Source: Octopus sinensis (Eukaryota). From it: a DNA stretch of 64,000 nucleotides. Positions 10,720-24,358 of the stretch are shown piece by piece. Location: positions 6,510,001-6,574,000 of the forward strand of contig NC_043003.1 in the NCBI RefSeq assembly GCF_006345805.1. The letters are read 5' to 3'. The notes beneath the pieces were generated by a model, which saw only the letters and a list, made by a program, of their open reading frames with translations, was not told where the DNA came from and searched no databases. Every line of letters begins with the position of its first letter. The stretch's first letter is position 1. Made by a program: the position numbers and the translations under genes.

Positions 10720-13660
10720 CACTACACTAACCTCCACATTCCTACTCAATGCACAAGGTGTCAGCCCTTCCATCAATGCACAAAAATGGAAGGTCCAATT
10801 CATTGAAGACTGGGTTGGTAACCATTCACACCACATCCCTTTCTTCATTCTCACTGTGAGACCCACCTTGACAACTCCCAATTGGAAGCCGAAGTGAGAA
10901 GTGAAGAATTTCACAACCATCCGCGCGGATCGTATCGGCAGGAGGAAGGGTGGAACTGCCATTTTCCTGCATGATTCATTTACGGCAGATGGAAATAGTA
11001 TATTCTCCAACGGCTACTGTGAATCAGTCACCGTGCACAACAAAGCCAATGATCTGACAGTGATTTGGCTCTATAGGCCGCCCCAAACACCCATACTGTG
11101 CTTTAAAGAATGCCTCAACAGCATTAAGTGCTTTATTCAACAGTGCCATTCTAGCACATACTCATGATGGGAGACTTCAATCTACCCTGTGTTGACTGGA
11201 CTACAACTGTTTGAAACCAAGCACTCCCGCCTCAACCGCTGACAAAGAAGCAGCAGAGTCACTTTTCGACTTTACGAATGAGTTTTTCTTGTCCCACTTG
11301 TCCTTGCACCAACAAGACATCAGAAATTTGGACCTAGTGTTTAGTAACCACACTAACACTATACATAACGTTACAGTGGAAAAAAACCCTTCTTTCAGAC
11401 CATGACATGGTTCTCTGTAACATGAAATTCCACCAGCCGAAAGCTAATCCTAGTGACCTTCTCCAGCCCACCCATTTGACAACATGGATCTCCATAAAGC
11501 CAACTGGGATGCAATCAGGAACGAGCTATCAAATGTTGACTGGTCCTTTACACATACACACATCTCCACCAACTATAAAACATCTTGGCAGATCTTTGTA
11601 GACCACCGTCACAGACATATGTGCAAAACACTCCCCACCAAGACCTGTGAACAAAAAGTGCAGAATCCCCAAAACAGAAAAACCATTATCAGAAAAATAA
11701 AAAGAACAAACAAAAAAATTAACAAACTAAAGTACTGCCAACAGAACACACACATTCGACGGCTATCGCACTGCTTGAATCCAAAAAATATAACCTCCAA
11801 CAATGCATGAAGTCCCTCATCAATAACCAAAGATCAGCTGAGGAGAAGTGGGCCATTGAAAAAATCAACTCAACCCCAAAAGTGTCTTTTCATTTGCGAG
11901 GGAAAACGCAGGGTCACTGTCTCCACTGTAGGCCCTCTAATTGACGAAACTGGCACTCTCCAAGATAATGCCAATCCATGGCCGAGATACTGCAGAAACA
12001 ATACTGCTCTGTTTTCAGCAATCCTGATATGGCGATCTGGGCTGTATCAGTGATGTCAACCCCCAACACACTATGTCGGACATAACGTTTAGTGCCCCTG
12101 ATGTCTTAGCGGCGATAAACGAAATGAAACACAATTCAGCAGTAGCCCCGATAGGTTCCCTGCTTGTGTCCTGAAGGTGTGTTGTGTCGACACCAACTTG
12201 CATCTCCCCTTGCTAATCTGTGGGAGAAACTCACTGGATGCTGGCTATATTCCAAAAAACCTTCTGTCCCAGTCTGTTGTCCCAGTTTTCAAAAAGGGAA
12301 ACAAGTCCCTTGCAGTGAATTACCGTCCGATCTCACTCACCTCTCATATCATCAAGGTATTTGAGAGGGTGGTGAGATCTCAAATACCCAATTTCTGGAA
12401 AGCAACAGACGGCTGATTTCCAACCAACATGGGTTCCGTAATGGAAGGGACTGCCTAACGCAGCTCCTGCATCACTTTGAGGACATTTTGAGAGCTTTGG
12501 GAGAGGGCTCCAACACCGATGCATCTACCTGATTTTCAGTAAGGCCTTCGACAGGGTGGATCACAAGATCCTATTGAAAAAAACTATCCAAATTGGTGTC
12601 TCTGGAAAGTTACTGAATGGATTAAGGTTTCCTGACAGACAGATCTCAACATGTGTAGTTGAAGGGGTAAAATCAAGCCCAGCCAAAGTCAGTAGTGGCG
12701 TCCGCAAGGCACTGTGCTGGGCCCACTTCTTTTCATCATTTACATTAATGACATTAATGACATCATCAAGCCACAGCAACATAAAATCTTTGCAGATGAC
12801 TCCAAGCTACAGAGGTCATAAATTAGGCGAGTGACCGGACATGCCTTCAGTCAGATCTACTGGCTGTTATCCAATGGGCAGAAAAAAACAATATGCTGCT
12901 GAACGAGGATAAATTTGAGCTAATCCACTTTGGAAAAGAGGATGCCCTGAAACTCCCATACTCCCTTCCTTCAGGTGAAACTCTCGCGGCGTCCAACAAC
13001 ATCAGAGACTTGGGAGAGTAGTAATTGTGGACAACAACGTAAGCTGGGCCACTCATATAAACACCAAAGTTGACATGGCCCGCAGAATGTGTTCCTGGAT
13101 TCTCAGAACTTCCAGTCGAGAGATATCCACACCATTATCCTCTCTTCTCCACTTTTGCCCGACCCCACCTTGAATACTGTTGTCCACTGTGGTCTCCCCA
13201 CACAATACAAGGTATCATAAAAGTCGAAGCACCTCAAAGGGCAATCACAAAAAAGATAGATGGCATGACAGGCCTCGACTATTGGGTCGACTAGAAAAGC
13301 TAAAACTCTATTCTCTCCAACGTCGTCGTGAGCGCTACATCATCTGCATGATGTGGAAAATATTCCATCAGCATTGCCCAAATGATGTTGGCATCACCTT
13401 TAAGGTACATCCAAGGCTTGGGCCCCGTGCCATCCGCCCAAAACAAAAATCGCACTCTCATCTCATAACAACAATACGGCACAATTATTTCACTCAATTG
13501 GCCCCGCTCTCTTTAACATTACACCAAAACACATTAAAACAGAAAGTGACCCTATAGGGTTCAAGAAGTCTTTGGACAGATTCCTTCAAAAATCCCGGAT
13601 AAACCCCCCTACACCCGGATATGTCTCTGTAAACAATAACTTCTACTTGAGTGGGCCATA
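10720..13660 (+). pseudogene. LINE ORF2 (APE endonuclease plus reverse transcriptase), fragmented
   Basis: Motifs are spread over several short ORFs in the track (10664, 10901, 11484, 12177, 12556, 13070, 13180). Confidence 0.9.
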
Positions 13661-13774
13661 GTGCCCAAATTCTGACTTGAAAGACTTCACCAGGTGGTGC
13701 TATAAGTAGACATGGCCTGGGCAATAATGGCCGAAACCTATCAAAGTATCAAAGTATCAAAGTATATATATATA

Positions 13775-13814
<40 letters not shown>

Positions 13815-13844
13815 TATATATAATATATATATACATATATACGA

Positions 13845-14010
13845 CGGGCTTCTTTCAGTTTCCGTCTACCAAAATCCACTCACAAGGCTTTGGTCGGCCC
13901 GAGGCTATAGTAGAAGACATTTGCCCAAGGTTGCCACGCAGTGGGACTGAACCCGGAACCATGTGGTGGTAAACAAGCTACTTACCACACAGCCAATCCT
14001 GCGCCTATAT
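13845..14010 (-). mobile_element. SINE family A head
   Basis: Reverse complement of tggctgtgtggtaagtagc...ggttcagtcccactgcgtggc..ttgggcaa. Confidence 0.9.
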
Positions 14011-14145
14011 GTATATATATGTGTACATATTACATGAACATCTATTTACATCTAGACATACATGTTTACATATACATGTATATCTATAGAAATACTTCTA
14101 TACATATACATGTATACATATACATCTATATTATATATAATATAC

Positions 14146-14271
<126 letters not shown>

Positions 14272-14544
14272 GCATACAATAGAGAGATTGCTTTTGTTTC
14301 ACTTTTAACACGTAATACTGAAGTAGTGGAGAAGATATGATATTGCTGTGGGCTCGCCCTAGGCAAGAAGTTAAACATTTTTTTGCCCATGACACTACAT
14401 GGACCCTAAGTAAGGCATGTGTAAAATTTGAATGAAATTGGTTGTGTAGTTCTCAAGTTTTAGGGATTCACACAGACAGACAGACACACACACACACACA
14501 CATTCTCATTTTATATATATATAAATATGTATATGTATAAAAAT

Positions 14545-17280
14545 AATAATATAATAATGAAATTATTGTATACAGTGCTCAGGTGCACCACAACTTGTCA
14601 GAGTATATGCAGTAATGTATAAATGTCTGGAAAGCGAACAATGCATGCGTCAGATACATGCTTATGTGTGTATGGAGGGGAGAAAATCAGGTGTATTGTT
14701 GGCGAATCTCAGGAAGCATGGAAGTTTTGAAGGATGCAGTGCTCCGACAAATAACAACTGATGCCGGCAGTTTGTTCCATGCAACTCACAGCGTGAAAAA
14801 TTGTTTCCTGAAGTCATGGGAGCTGTGCTGTTTTCTGACTTTGTAAATATGTCCACGGGTGTTAGACAGGTGGTGTTTGAAAAGGTGCTCAGAGTTATTG
14901 TTTGTACGATGGTTAATAATTTTATGGGTGTCTGCCAAGTCAGCTGCCAGACGTCGGAGTTTCAATGTGTCCATGCCCAGGGAAGTAAGGCGTTCATGAT
15001 ATAGCAAATGCCTGATGGAGGGTATTCTTTTGGTTGCACGTCGCTGAACGGCTTCCAGACGATTGATATCCTGGGCAAGATAGGGGTTCCAGACCGGTGA
15101 TGCAAATTCCAGGTGAGGTCTTACCATAGCTATATAAAGCCGCAGATAGATAGTCGGAGAGCGGCTCACAAAGGATTTGGTGAGTGATGCCAAGACACCC
15201 TCAGCCTTCTTGACAATTTTGGCGATGTGTTTTGTCCAAAGCAAATCACTGTCGACAATAACACCCAGGTCACGTTCACATGAAGACTTTTTGAGACTAG
15301 TGTTGTGGAGGGCGTAGGTGGACGCTGGGTTTCTCCTCCCAAAATGCATGGTGGTACATTTGTCCACAGCCAGCTTGAGTTGCCAGTCCATGATCCACTG
15401 CTGCATTGTTTCCAGGTCTGCTTGCAATAGAGATCTATAGTGTGCAGGATTTGACCTCTTTATTTCGAGGTACAGCTTGATGTCATCTGCATATTTCAGC
15501 ACTGTGACATTCTTTAAGTTGGCATCTATGTCATTAACATATGCAACAAATAAAAGGGGGCCAAGAACAGATCCCTGTGGTACACCAGATGTCATCTCAT
15601 AGGGCGAAGAGTGCTGTCCTAGAACTGTGACAACCTCTTTTCGGCCGAAAATAAAGGACTTCAACCAGTTATAGAGTTTGTCTCTTACGCCCAGCGCAGA
15701 GAGCTTCACCATAAGTCCTTTGTGTGGCACAGAGTTAAAAGCCTTAGCAAAGTTCAGGTAAACAACATCCACCCAGGATCCGCGATCAGTGATTTGGGTA
15801 ACGTCCTCAAGAAACTCGATGAGTTGATTACAGCAGCTGGAGTTAGGAATAAATCCGAATTGTGACGGCTGGATGAGGCTGTGAGACTTCCAAAAGTTCC
15901 AGAGGGTTTCTCTGATACAGGATTCCATCAGTTTGGCGATGCAGCTAGTAAGACTAACGGGGCGATAGTTGACAGGCGATGTGCGGTCGCCTTTTTTGAA
16001 CAGAGGGATAACACTGGCAGTTTTCCACTGTTCTGGAGTAACACCATTGTCAAGACAGAATTGGAAGAATAGAGAAAGTTGGCTTAGAAGAAAGTACCCA
16101 CCGCGTTTGAGAAGTAGGTATGTAACACCATCGAGACCAGGAGAGGCATAGTTGCGTTTATTCTTAAGGTGGCGTTGTAGCATTGCCGGTGTAAATTGCA
16201 TAGTAGATATAGAGTCCGATGTCAGTGGTGAAGATGGAACATTTTGGTCTTCGACAGTAAAGATGCTGGCATAGCATCCAGCAATGATTTCTGCACATTC
16301 TTCGGGATTGCCAGTAATCTGTCCTGTGTGGGGATTGCGAAGGCGACCAACTGGAGAGTGGGGTCTCTGCTCTGAGTGCACATACTTCCAGAACACTTTG
16401 CTGTCAGGGTTAGTTGCAATGCGTCGTTCAAATTCAAGCACTGTCTTTTTTGTCACCTGCTTGAGGTGGTTGGCTGACCTATTGCGCTTTTTCCTGTTGC
16501 TCTCTGATTTGTGCAATTAGTATTCCTATTCAGCATTACGGCGTTCTTTCCTGGCAAGTCGGACTGCTGCAGTCTCCCAAATTGCACTATTGGGTGGTTT
16601 TTTGTGCTTGCGCGGTACTGATGCTGCACATGCCGCCCATATTGAATTCAGAATGTTCTGGAGTATAGTGTCCACATCTCCAGTGGCATAAAATTCGAGC
16701 CAGTCTGGGCGTTGCAGCTCAGTACAATAAGAACTCCAGTTTGCTTTATTCCAGTCAAAGCGGGCAGTCTGAAGATGGTTGTGTTTTTTGTTACAACCAA
16801 TCAGAGACAAGTCGGCCATGATCATGGAATGATCAGAGTCACCTAAAGGTTCTTCGGTAGTGACACTAATGATTGTTTCAGGAGAAGCGGTAAGTAGCCG
16901 ATCCAAAGTGTTGTTACGCCTTGTGGGGGAGGTAACAACTTGGGACCAATTTGAATTCAGCACCAGTTCAAGGAAATCGTCTGCACTTTGCGGCCAACGG
17001 AAGGCTTCCCAGCCAATCTCAGGGAAATTGAAGTCCCCCGCAACATACACATATGTGGCTGCTTTCATGGCAGCAGCTCTGAGGATATCAAAAAGCTGTG
17101 CGTCTTGATGATAATTTGTAGGGCGGTAAACAACTCCGAGCAGAAGTGTTGACATGGTCATGTGTATATTGCAGAAAAATACTTCCTGCTGAGATTGGTT
17201 CAAATCATCACAGGGGATTGCCGATAGATTTGTCGAACCATAAATCATCACCCCCCTCCACGGCGATTAATGCGGTCTTA
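14545..17280 (-). mobile_element. 5'-truncated CR1/L2-type LINE with an almost intact ORF2
   Basis: 241-aa EN part (DRINRRGGGV, YRP, GDFNFP, SDH) in frame with a 576-aa RT part (NYRPVSLTS, QFGF, GVPQGSVLGPLLF, YADD); only in-frame stops near 16520 and at 14786. Confidence 0.95.
14786..17251 (-). pseudogene. ORF2 EN-RT polyprotein with 2 in-frame stops (16517-16528) and a premature C-terminal stop
   Basis: Reverse strand reads CGT AAT GCT GAA TAG GAA TAC TAA TTG CAC at the junction of the two ORFs. Confidence 0.9.
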
Positions 17281-17325
17281 TATATATAATATATATATAT
17301 ATATATAATATATATATAAGATATA

Positions 17326-17357
<32 letters not shown>

Positions 17358-17363
<6 letters not shown>

Positions 17364-17814
17364 AAGAGTAGATCGTATACGAGTGGGTATATATTTGTAA
17401 AAAAGAAGTTTGAAAACGCCACTTATTAGATAAATTTTAATTTTCTTAGAAATTTCTTTCAGTGTCTCTTCATTTATTGAGATGATGACAGGTAAAAAAC
17501 AACCACGTGGATCCTGTTGAGACCAGTAAGAAACAATTATGAACTTTTTTATAACACTCAACTTGAAATTTATAGCTATTATACCTACTACCGACAAAAC
17601 ACCACAACATAGATCCTATTGAGACCAGTAAGAAACAATTATGAACTTTTCTATTGCACTTTACCTTTTAAAATATTTTTGATAAGGTTCGTTTTTTCAA
17701 GAACCGAAACATGTAAAATTCATAAGAAAATTAAAATTTATCTAATATAGTGGCGTTTTCAAACTTCTTTTTTACAAATATATACCCACTCGTATACGAT
17801 CTACTCTTATTATA
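17358..17814. mobile_element. MITE with about 90-bp TIRs in (TA)n; superfamily unresolved
   Basis: tataataagagtagatcgtatacgagtggg...ttttctta and its reverse complement; an internal direct repeat of about 40 bp (gatcct.ttgagaccagtaagaaacaattatgaactttt) near 17509 and 17611. Confidence 0.9.
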
Positions 17815-17821
17815 AATATAT

Positions 17822-17904
<83 letters not shown>

Positions 17905-17965
17905 TATATATATTATATATATATATAATATAATATATATACATACATACATATATGTGTGAGTT

Positions 17966-17999
<34 letters not shown>

Positions 18000-18008
<9 letters not shown>

Positions 18009-18210
18009 TAATCCAAACGGGAAAACAGAAAAAAACAAAAACACGTGGAACAATTACAGTATTATTATTATTAGGCGCTCAGGAAAATGGAAGAAGGAAG
18101 GTATGACGTTTCGAGCGGAGCTCTTCGTCGGAAACATAAGAGAAAGAAGAAAGAAGAAAGACCGATGTGGGCGAAAGAGGGAAAAAAACGCGACTGGTGT
18201 TTACGAAGTA
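18000..18210 (-). mobile_element. (TA)n-embedded repeat carrying a hammerhead-like motif (family shared with 56225-56430 and 55640-55790)
   Basis: Shares an identical 33-nt core and divergent flanks with 56225-56430. Confidence 0.75.
18101..18135 (-). ncRNA. Putative variant minimal hammerhead ribozyme (type I, Penelope-associated style)
   Basis: GTTT-CCGACGA-A-GAGC/TCC/GCTC-GAAA-CG-TC-ATAC; palindromic ACGT helix III; U4 replaced by C. Confidence 0.5.
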
Positions 18211-18379
18211 CGTATATATATAAGTATATATATGTATTATTTTATATATATAATATATGTAATATATATATATATGTATATATAATAGATATATCTGTAA
18301 TATAATATATATAATATATATATATATATATATTATATTATAATATATATATATATATATGTATAATATATATATATAA

Positions 18380-18430
<51 letters not shown>

Positions 18431-18691
18431 TGTATATATATATACGCACGCACACACAGACATACACAATGAGAGAGACAGACAGAGACAGGTACACACG
18501 TGTATACATTAAAGACATGCGTATAAACCGTGTCTGTATTATATATCATAATTATGTAGGACAGTAGCGTTGGTAAGATGAACTGTCATCTAAGTTGTGT
18601 CATTCTAAATGTGACCTTCCCCACTGAGCACTTTAATTTTAATTGTTGTTTTCCTGTTTGCTTCCCATCACGAAACTTTTGAAGTTGCACA

Positions 18692-18734
<43 letters not shown>

Positions 18735-18915
18735 TGTACGCACTGACACACACATCACTGTATATGCCTGTGTTTGTGGAAGGGTGGATAGGTGCGAGCG
18801 CGTGCTCGTGTGTATATAAGTATGGATACACACTTGTGTGTGTGTATTGCATGCCTATACATACATACACACATACATACATACATGCATACATACATAT
18901 ATATATACTCACACG

Positions 18916-18952
<37 letters not shown>

Positions 18953-19069
18953 GTATATACACACATAAGCGCAAAAATGCTAGTTCTAAAACCTCTCCAA
19001 GAGAACAACGTAGTAGTTGTACCGACAAGCAATATTTATGTTAAAGTGGCTACCAATATTACTTACGTT

Positions 19070-19102
<33 letters not shown>

Positions 19103-19127
19103 TACACAAAATATATATATATATATG

Positions 19128-19159
<32 letters not shown>

Positions 19160-19357
19160 ATATATATATATATTGTTAAGGTATGTAGAAAAATACAACA
19201 TGGACAAGAACGTATAACTCATAGAAGACGATACAATAAACATGGACAGGACATTCGAACCCCTCAGTCTTCAGTCAAGAACGGATCATCGTAGTAATTT
19301 CGGCTGATATATATATATATATTATATATATGTTATGTATATGTATATGTATATATA

Positions 19358-19408
<51 letters not shown>

Positions 19409-19443
19409 TTAATATCTGTGTAACACATATGTATATTATACGT

Positions 19444-19504
<61 letters not shown>

Positions 19505-20691
19505 ATATATATATATATATAAATACATACATATATGTGTATATATATATATCAACATTTATTTATTCATTACACAGACACATACACACAGACATACATG
19601 TGTGTGTGTGTGTGTGTTGTTGTTGTTGTTGCCTCTCTTGTCTTTGTTGTGATGCTAACCGTGGAGTAGCTTTGATCGCGCAGACTTCCATTTCCGATGC
19701 ACACTTATAAACTCATGCATTCACACACACACACACGCACACACGCACACACACACACACACGCACACACGCACCCCACACACACACTCACACACACATT
19801 AAACGTGCGCAAATATTTGAGCGTTTGTGTGTGAGGGTTTTCAATTCCGGTTTATTTAATCCGGGATGAGATGTTTTTTTACGTAGCTGTCCAATTTGTT
19901 AGAAATAGCCACCAACTGTCCCTCCAAGCTGGAAAAAAAATTCTTGTTTACTGGTCTGGTGTTTCATAGGTGGCCTAGGGTTAAACACCCCAATTTCTCT
20001 GCACCCCTCCCACGCTGCACCCCCCCACGCTGCACCCCCCTCTACAATCCAAAGAAACTCTTTTTCTTTCTTTTCGCCGATAAACTTTAGTCAACCCTTT
20101 AAAATTGGGGAGACAGAAACTGTAGGGAAGTGTGTTATGTGGACCCTTTCTGTTTAAGGGAGTCACACTCGATACGTCACCCTGTTTAAGCTCCCTCCAT
20201 ATGAACCCCTTCCTTGTCTTTAGGAGTATCCATTGCTTTGTATGTATTGGGATTCGTTGTCAGCCTGTCTAATACCCGTCCAGGAGTGTCTTTAATGGGA
20301 TCGTTTCTGTTTTAGATTTTGGGAACTAACCCCTTTTAGTCAGGGTCATTTCTTTCATCCCCCTCTCACATAACCCCATCCCGCAAAAAACAAAATGGTG
20401 GCCACAGCTCCTCATCTGAAAGAAACACGCTTGATTTGAGGGATGATTGTCTGTTATTTCTAACCGATCAGATGAACACTTTGCTACTTGTCTAATGTAA
20501 ACTGAAGTCACTTGGAGATGTGGTGTGTTGTGGCTTGCATCCACAATTTCTAGACGTGGGGTCGCTTACATCATCAACATCTGATGCTGTTGATGTGAAT
20601 TCAGCCAAAAGACAGGAAATTATTTGGAGAGGAACTGAATGAGAGAATGAATCACAAACTGTCTTCAGCTGTGTGTGTATGTGTGTGTGTG

Positions 20692-20751
<60 letters not shown>

Positions 20752-20911
20752 CAAATGTATGTGTCATTGCGTGTCTACAAGCGAAATGCTTTGTGTGTAC
20801 TTGAGACTGTTTTTAAGTGTGTTTGCCTGAATATTATAAGCAAATATGAACGCCTAAGTGTGCGCTCTCACACACGCATACACATACATACTATATAAAT
20901 ATATATATAAT

Positions 20912-20960
<49 letters not shown>

Positions 20961-21083
20961 GTGTGTGTGTGAATTATATATACATATATGAATATATATA
21001 TATATATATATATAGATTATATATAATATATATATATATATGAATATATTATAAATGAATATATATATAGAATATATACATAT

Positions 21084-21114
<31 letters not shown>

Positions 21115-21214
21115 GAATATATATATATATATGAATATATATATATATATAATATATATATATAATATATATTATATATGAATATATATACATATATATG
21201 AATATATATATATA

Positions 21215-23320
21215 AACTTAGATTTAGATATGTTTCGACCAATGATTGGTCCAGGCCATGTCTAACTTAATAGCACCACCTGATTGGATTATTTGAATCC
21301 TGTTTAAGTCAAGTTTTGCTTAAGGTCCATTCAAGTAGTGAGTTTTCGTTAGGTGAGTTGTATCCAATTATGGTTTGCTTATCTGGTATTCTTTGAAGGA
21401 ATCTATCCAGACTCCATTTAAAGTCGATGGGATCCTGTTCCTCTTTGATCTCTTTCGGAACAATGTTAAATAGGGCAGGGCCTGTTGAGGAAAAGAAATT
21501 ATGTTGTAGTGTATATGTATGCTGTGATCTTGAATTGGGCAGGGGACGTATGGCCCGTGGTCCCAGTTTTGGATGAACCTTGAAGCTTATGTTCAGGTCG
21601 TTTGGGCAAAGTTGGCGGTATATTCTCCACATTGCACAAATGATGTACCGCTCACGGCGACGCTGGAGAGAGTAGAGTTTCAAGGCTTTAAGGCGATCCC
21701 AATTCGTTTAGTGAGTGCTCTCTGGGGTGATTCAATCCTCGAGATGTTTTGTCTTGTATGGGGAGACCACAGTGGGCAGCAGTATTCGAGGTGTGGCCGT
21801 ACAAAGGAGGAGAAGAGTGGTATGATGACACCTTGTTCTCTGGACCGGAAAGTTCTTAAGATCCAGGAACTCATCCTACGAGCTATATCAACCTTCTTGT
21901 TCATGTGTGCACTCCAACTGAGATCGTCATCAACAATTACACCTAGGTCTCTGATGTTGTTAGAGGCTGTGAGCGGTTCTCCTGAAGGAAGAGGAGTATG
22001 GCTGTGTTTTAGTGAGGATTTCTTCCAAATGCATCAGCTCAAATTTTCCCTCGTTCAGTTGCATTTTGTTTCTGTCTGCCCATTGACTCACAGCATATAG
22101 GTCAGACTGGAGTTGAGTTCGGTCTGCTTCTTCATTGACGATTTGCTGGAGCTTGGTGTCATCAGCAAATATTTCACTTTGCTGTAATGTACGACACTGA
22201 AAAGGTCGTTATGTAGATTATGAAGAGTAGTGGACCCAAGACAGTCCCCTGGGGGACACCGCTGGTGACTTTTGCTGGGCTTGAGTGGACTCCATCAACT
22301 ACAACATATGTTGTGTTCTATTCGCCAGGAAATACTTGATCCAGTGTAGAACTTTTCCACGGATTCCAACATTTGCCAATTTTGAGAGTAGGATATTATG
22401 GTCTACCCTGTCGAACGCTTTACTGAAGTCAAGATATATGACATCAGAGTTCGAACCTGTTCCCAAGGCTTTGAGTACATTTTCAATGTGGTGTAAGAGC
22501 TGTGTTAGACAGTCCCTGTCACAGCGAAAGCCATGCTGATTTGCATTTAGGAGTTTCTGGGTCTCCAGGAAGTCAGCCATCCTTGATCTTAACACTCTTT
22601 CAAACACTTTGATGATGTGGGAGGTGAGTGAGATTGGGCGATAGTTGAGTGCGAGGGATCTGTTTCCCTGTTTGAAAACCGGGATGACTGACTGGGATAG
22701 AAACTGTTTCGGTATATAACCTGCATCTAACGAATTTCTCCAGAGGTTGGTCAGAGGGACTGCAAGTTGGTGTCTACATTCCTTCAGGAGACTAGCGGGG
22801 AATCTATCAGGGCCTACAGCAGAGTAATGTTTGACTTCATTTATTGCTGCTGCTACGATGTCGGTGGCAGTGAAAGTTATGTCTGGCGATTTTGTGTTGG
22901 GAGTCACTTCGTTCGTTTTCCCTCACATCAATATCAGTGGGAACCTGAAGACAGAGCATATTGTTTTCTGCAGTATTTCTGCCATTTCTTTAGCATCGTG
23001 TTGGGGAATGCCGTTATCATCAATCAATGGCCCAATGGGTGAGACAGTGGTTCTATGCATATTTGCATAAGAATAGAACACTTTTGGGTTCTGTTTGATG
23101 TTTTTGATTACCCATTGTTCCTCCACAGCTCTTTGATTTTCAATGGAGGTTTTCATGTCGTTCTGCAGATGAAGTTTTTCCAGCTCTAGCCTTTTCATTG
23201 TTGTTGAATGTGGATGTTGTTTGTGGGAATGTTTTAATTGGTTGATTTTTTTGTTAAGTCTTTTGATGCGCCTGATGAGTGTTTTTTTCTTTTTAGGGAG
23301 CCGATTTCTGTTTGTATTTG
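21215..23320 (-). mobile_element. 5'-truncated relative of the 9115-13763 LINE (RT and 3' UTR)
   Basis: NYRPISLTSHIIKVFE, NQHGFR, YLDFSKAFDRVDH, RPHLEYCCPLWSPH; 3' UTR caggtggtgctattaagttagacatggcc. Confidence 0.92.
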
Positions 23321-23344
23321 ATATATATATATATATATATATAG

Positions 23345-23409
<65 letters not shown>

Positions 23410-23937
23410 TATATACATATATATATACACATATATACATATAATGTATAAATGCAAATATCTATATACGTGAATCCATACATAATGAATGCCTATATAT
23501 CTAATCATTGTATTTGTGTGTGTATATATCTAAGTACAAGGGGTAAGTTAAAACGAAAGTGTGTAGTCATTGTATTTTTGTATATACATATCTTATCAGA
23601 GGGTGTATAAGTAAAGTAATGCGGGTGTGTGTAATCGTCATATTTATGTCCGCATGTATGTATGTATGTATGTATGTATGTACGTGAGTGTTTGTATGTG
23701 TGCGCGCGTGCGCCTTTGTAGAAGGTGTATACATACATGAAAGGTGAGGACGGAAGGTTAGTTTTATGACAAATCTCGCGTGACCTCATTGACCTCGTCT
23801 CTCTTCCTGTTTCTTGATATTACATCAAATTATCAAATTATCATTTGATGTAATTGAGCGACACAGTGGTGTACTGCACGTGACTGGCCACATTGCTCCG
23901 TGACACACGTCTCTGTATATATGTATGTGTGTGTATA

Positions 23938-23979
<42 letters not shown>

Positions 23980-24035
23980 TGTGTGTGTGTGTGTGGTGTG
24001 TGTGTGTGTGTGTGTGTTTGTGTGTAAATAGATAA

Positions 24036-24269
24036 GGCGGCGAGCTGGCAGAAATGTTAGCACGGCGGGCGAAATGCTTAGCGGTATTTCGTCTGCCGCT
24101 ACGTTCTGAGTTCAAATCCGCCGAGTCGACTTTGACTTTGCCTTTCATCCTTTCGGGGTCGATAAATAAGTAAAGAAAGTTACGCACTGGAGTCGATGTA
24201 ACCGACTTAGTCCGTTTGTCTGTCCTTGTTTGTCCCCTCGGTGTTTAGCCCCTTGTGGGTAGTAAAGAA
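24036..24269 (+). mobile_element. SINE family B, full length with Tx1-like tail, followed by (GATA)n
   Basis: A-box-like tggcagaaatgttag, B-box gagttcaaat, body gactttgcctttcatcctttcggggtcgataaa. Confidence 0.9.
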
Positions 24270-24285
24270 ACAGATAGATAGATAC

Positions 24286-24358
<73 letters not shown>

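Larger units (their letters stand above)
9115..13763 (+). mobile_element. Near full-length CR1/L2-type (Jockey superfamily) LINE with ORF1 and ORF2, many frameshifts, inserted in (TA)n
   Basis: 5' GGACGT at 9150; EN motifs LLNAQG, RADRIGRRKGG, YRPP, GDFN, LDLVF; RT motifs YRPISLTSHIIKVFE, QHGFR, FADD, RPHLEYCCPLWSP; 3' tail (TCAAAGTA)3. Confidence 0.9.

Noticed and set aside
9448-13660. Functional, active LINE copy
   Set aside because: Numerous frameshifts and stops in this sequence; some may be consensus errors, but activity cannot be claimed.
19225-19310. CTGAAGA...GAA on the - strand
   Set aside because: No GAAA, helix III or helix I pairing.
20326-20767. Possible host exon in unique sequence after a CA-tract acceptor-like site
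   Set aside because: No recognisable protein motif in either ORF; cannot be supported without RNA data.
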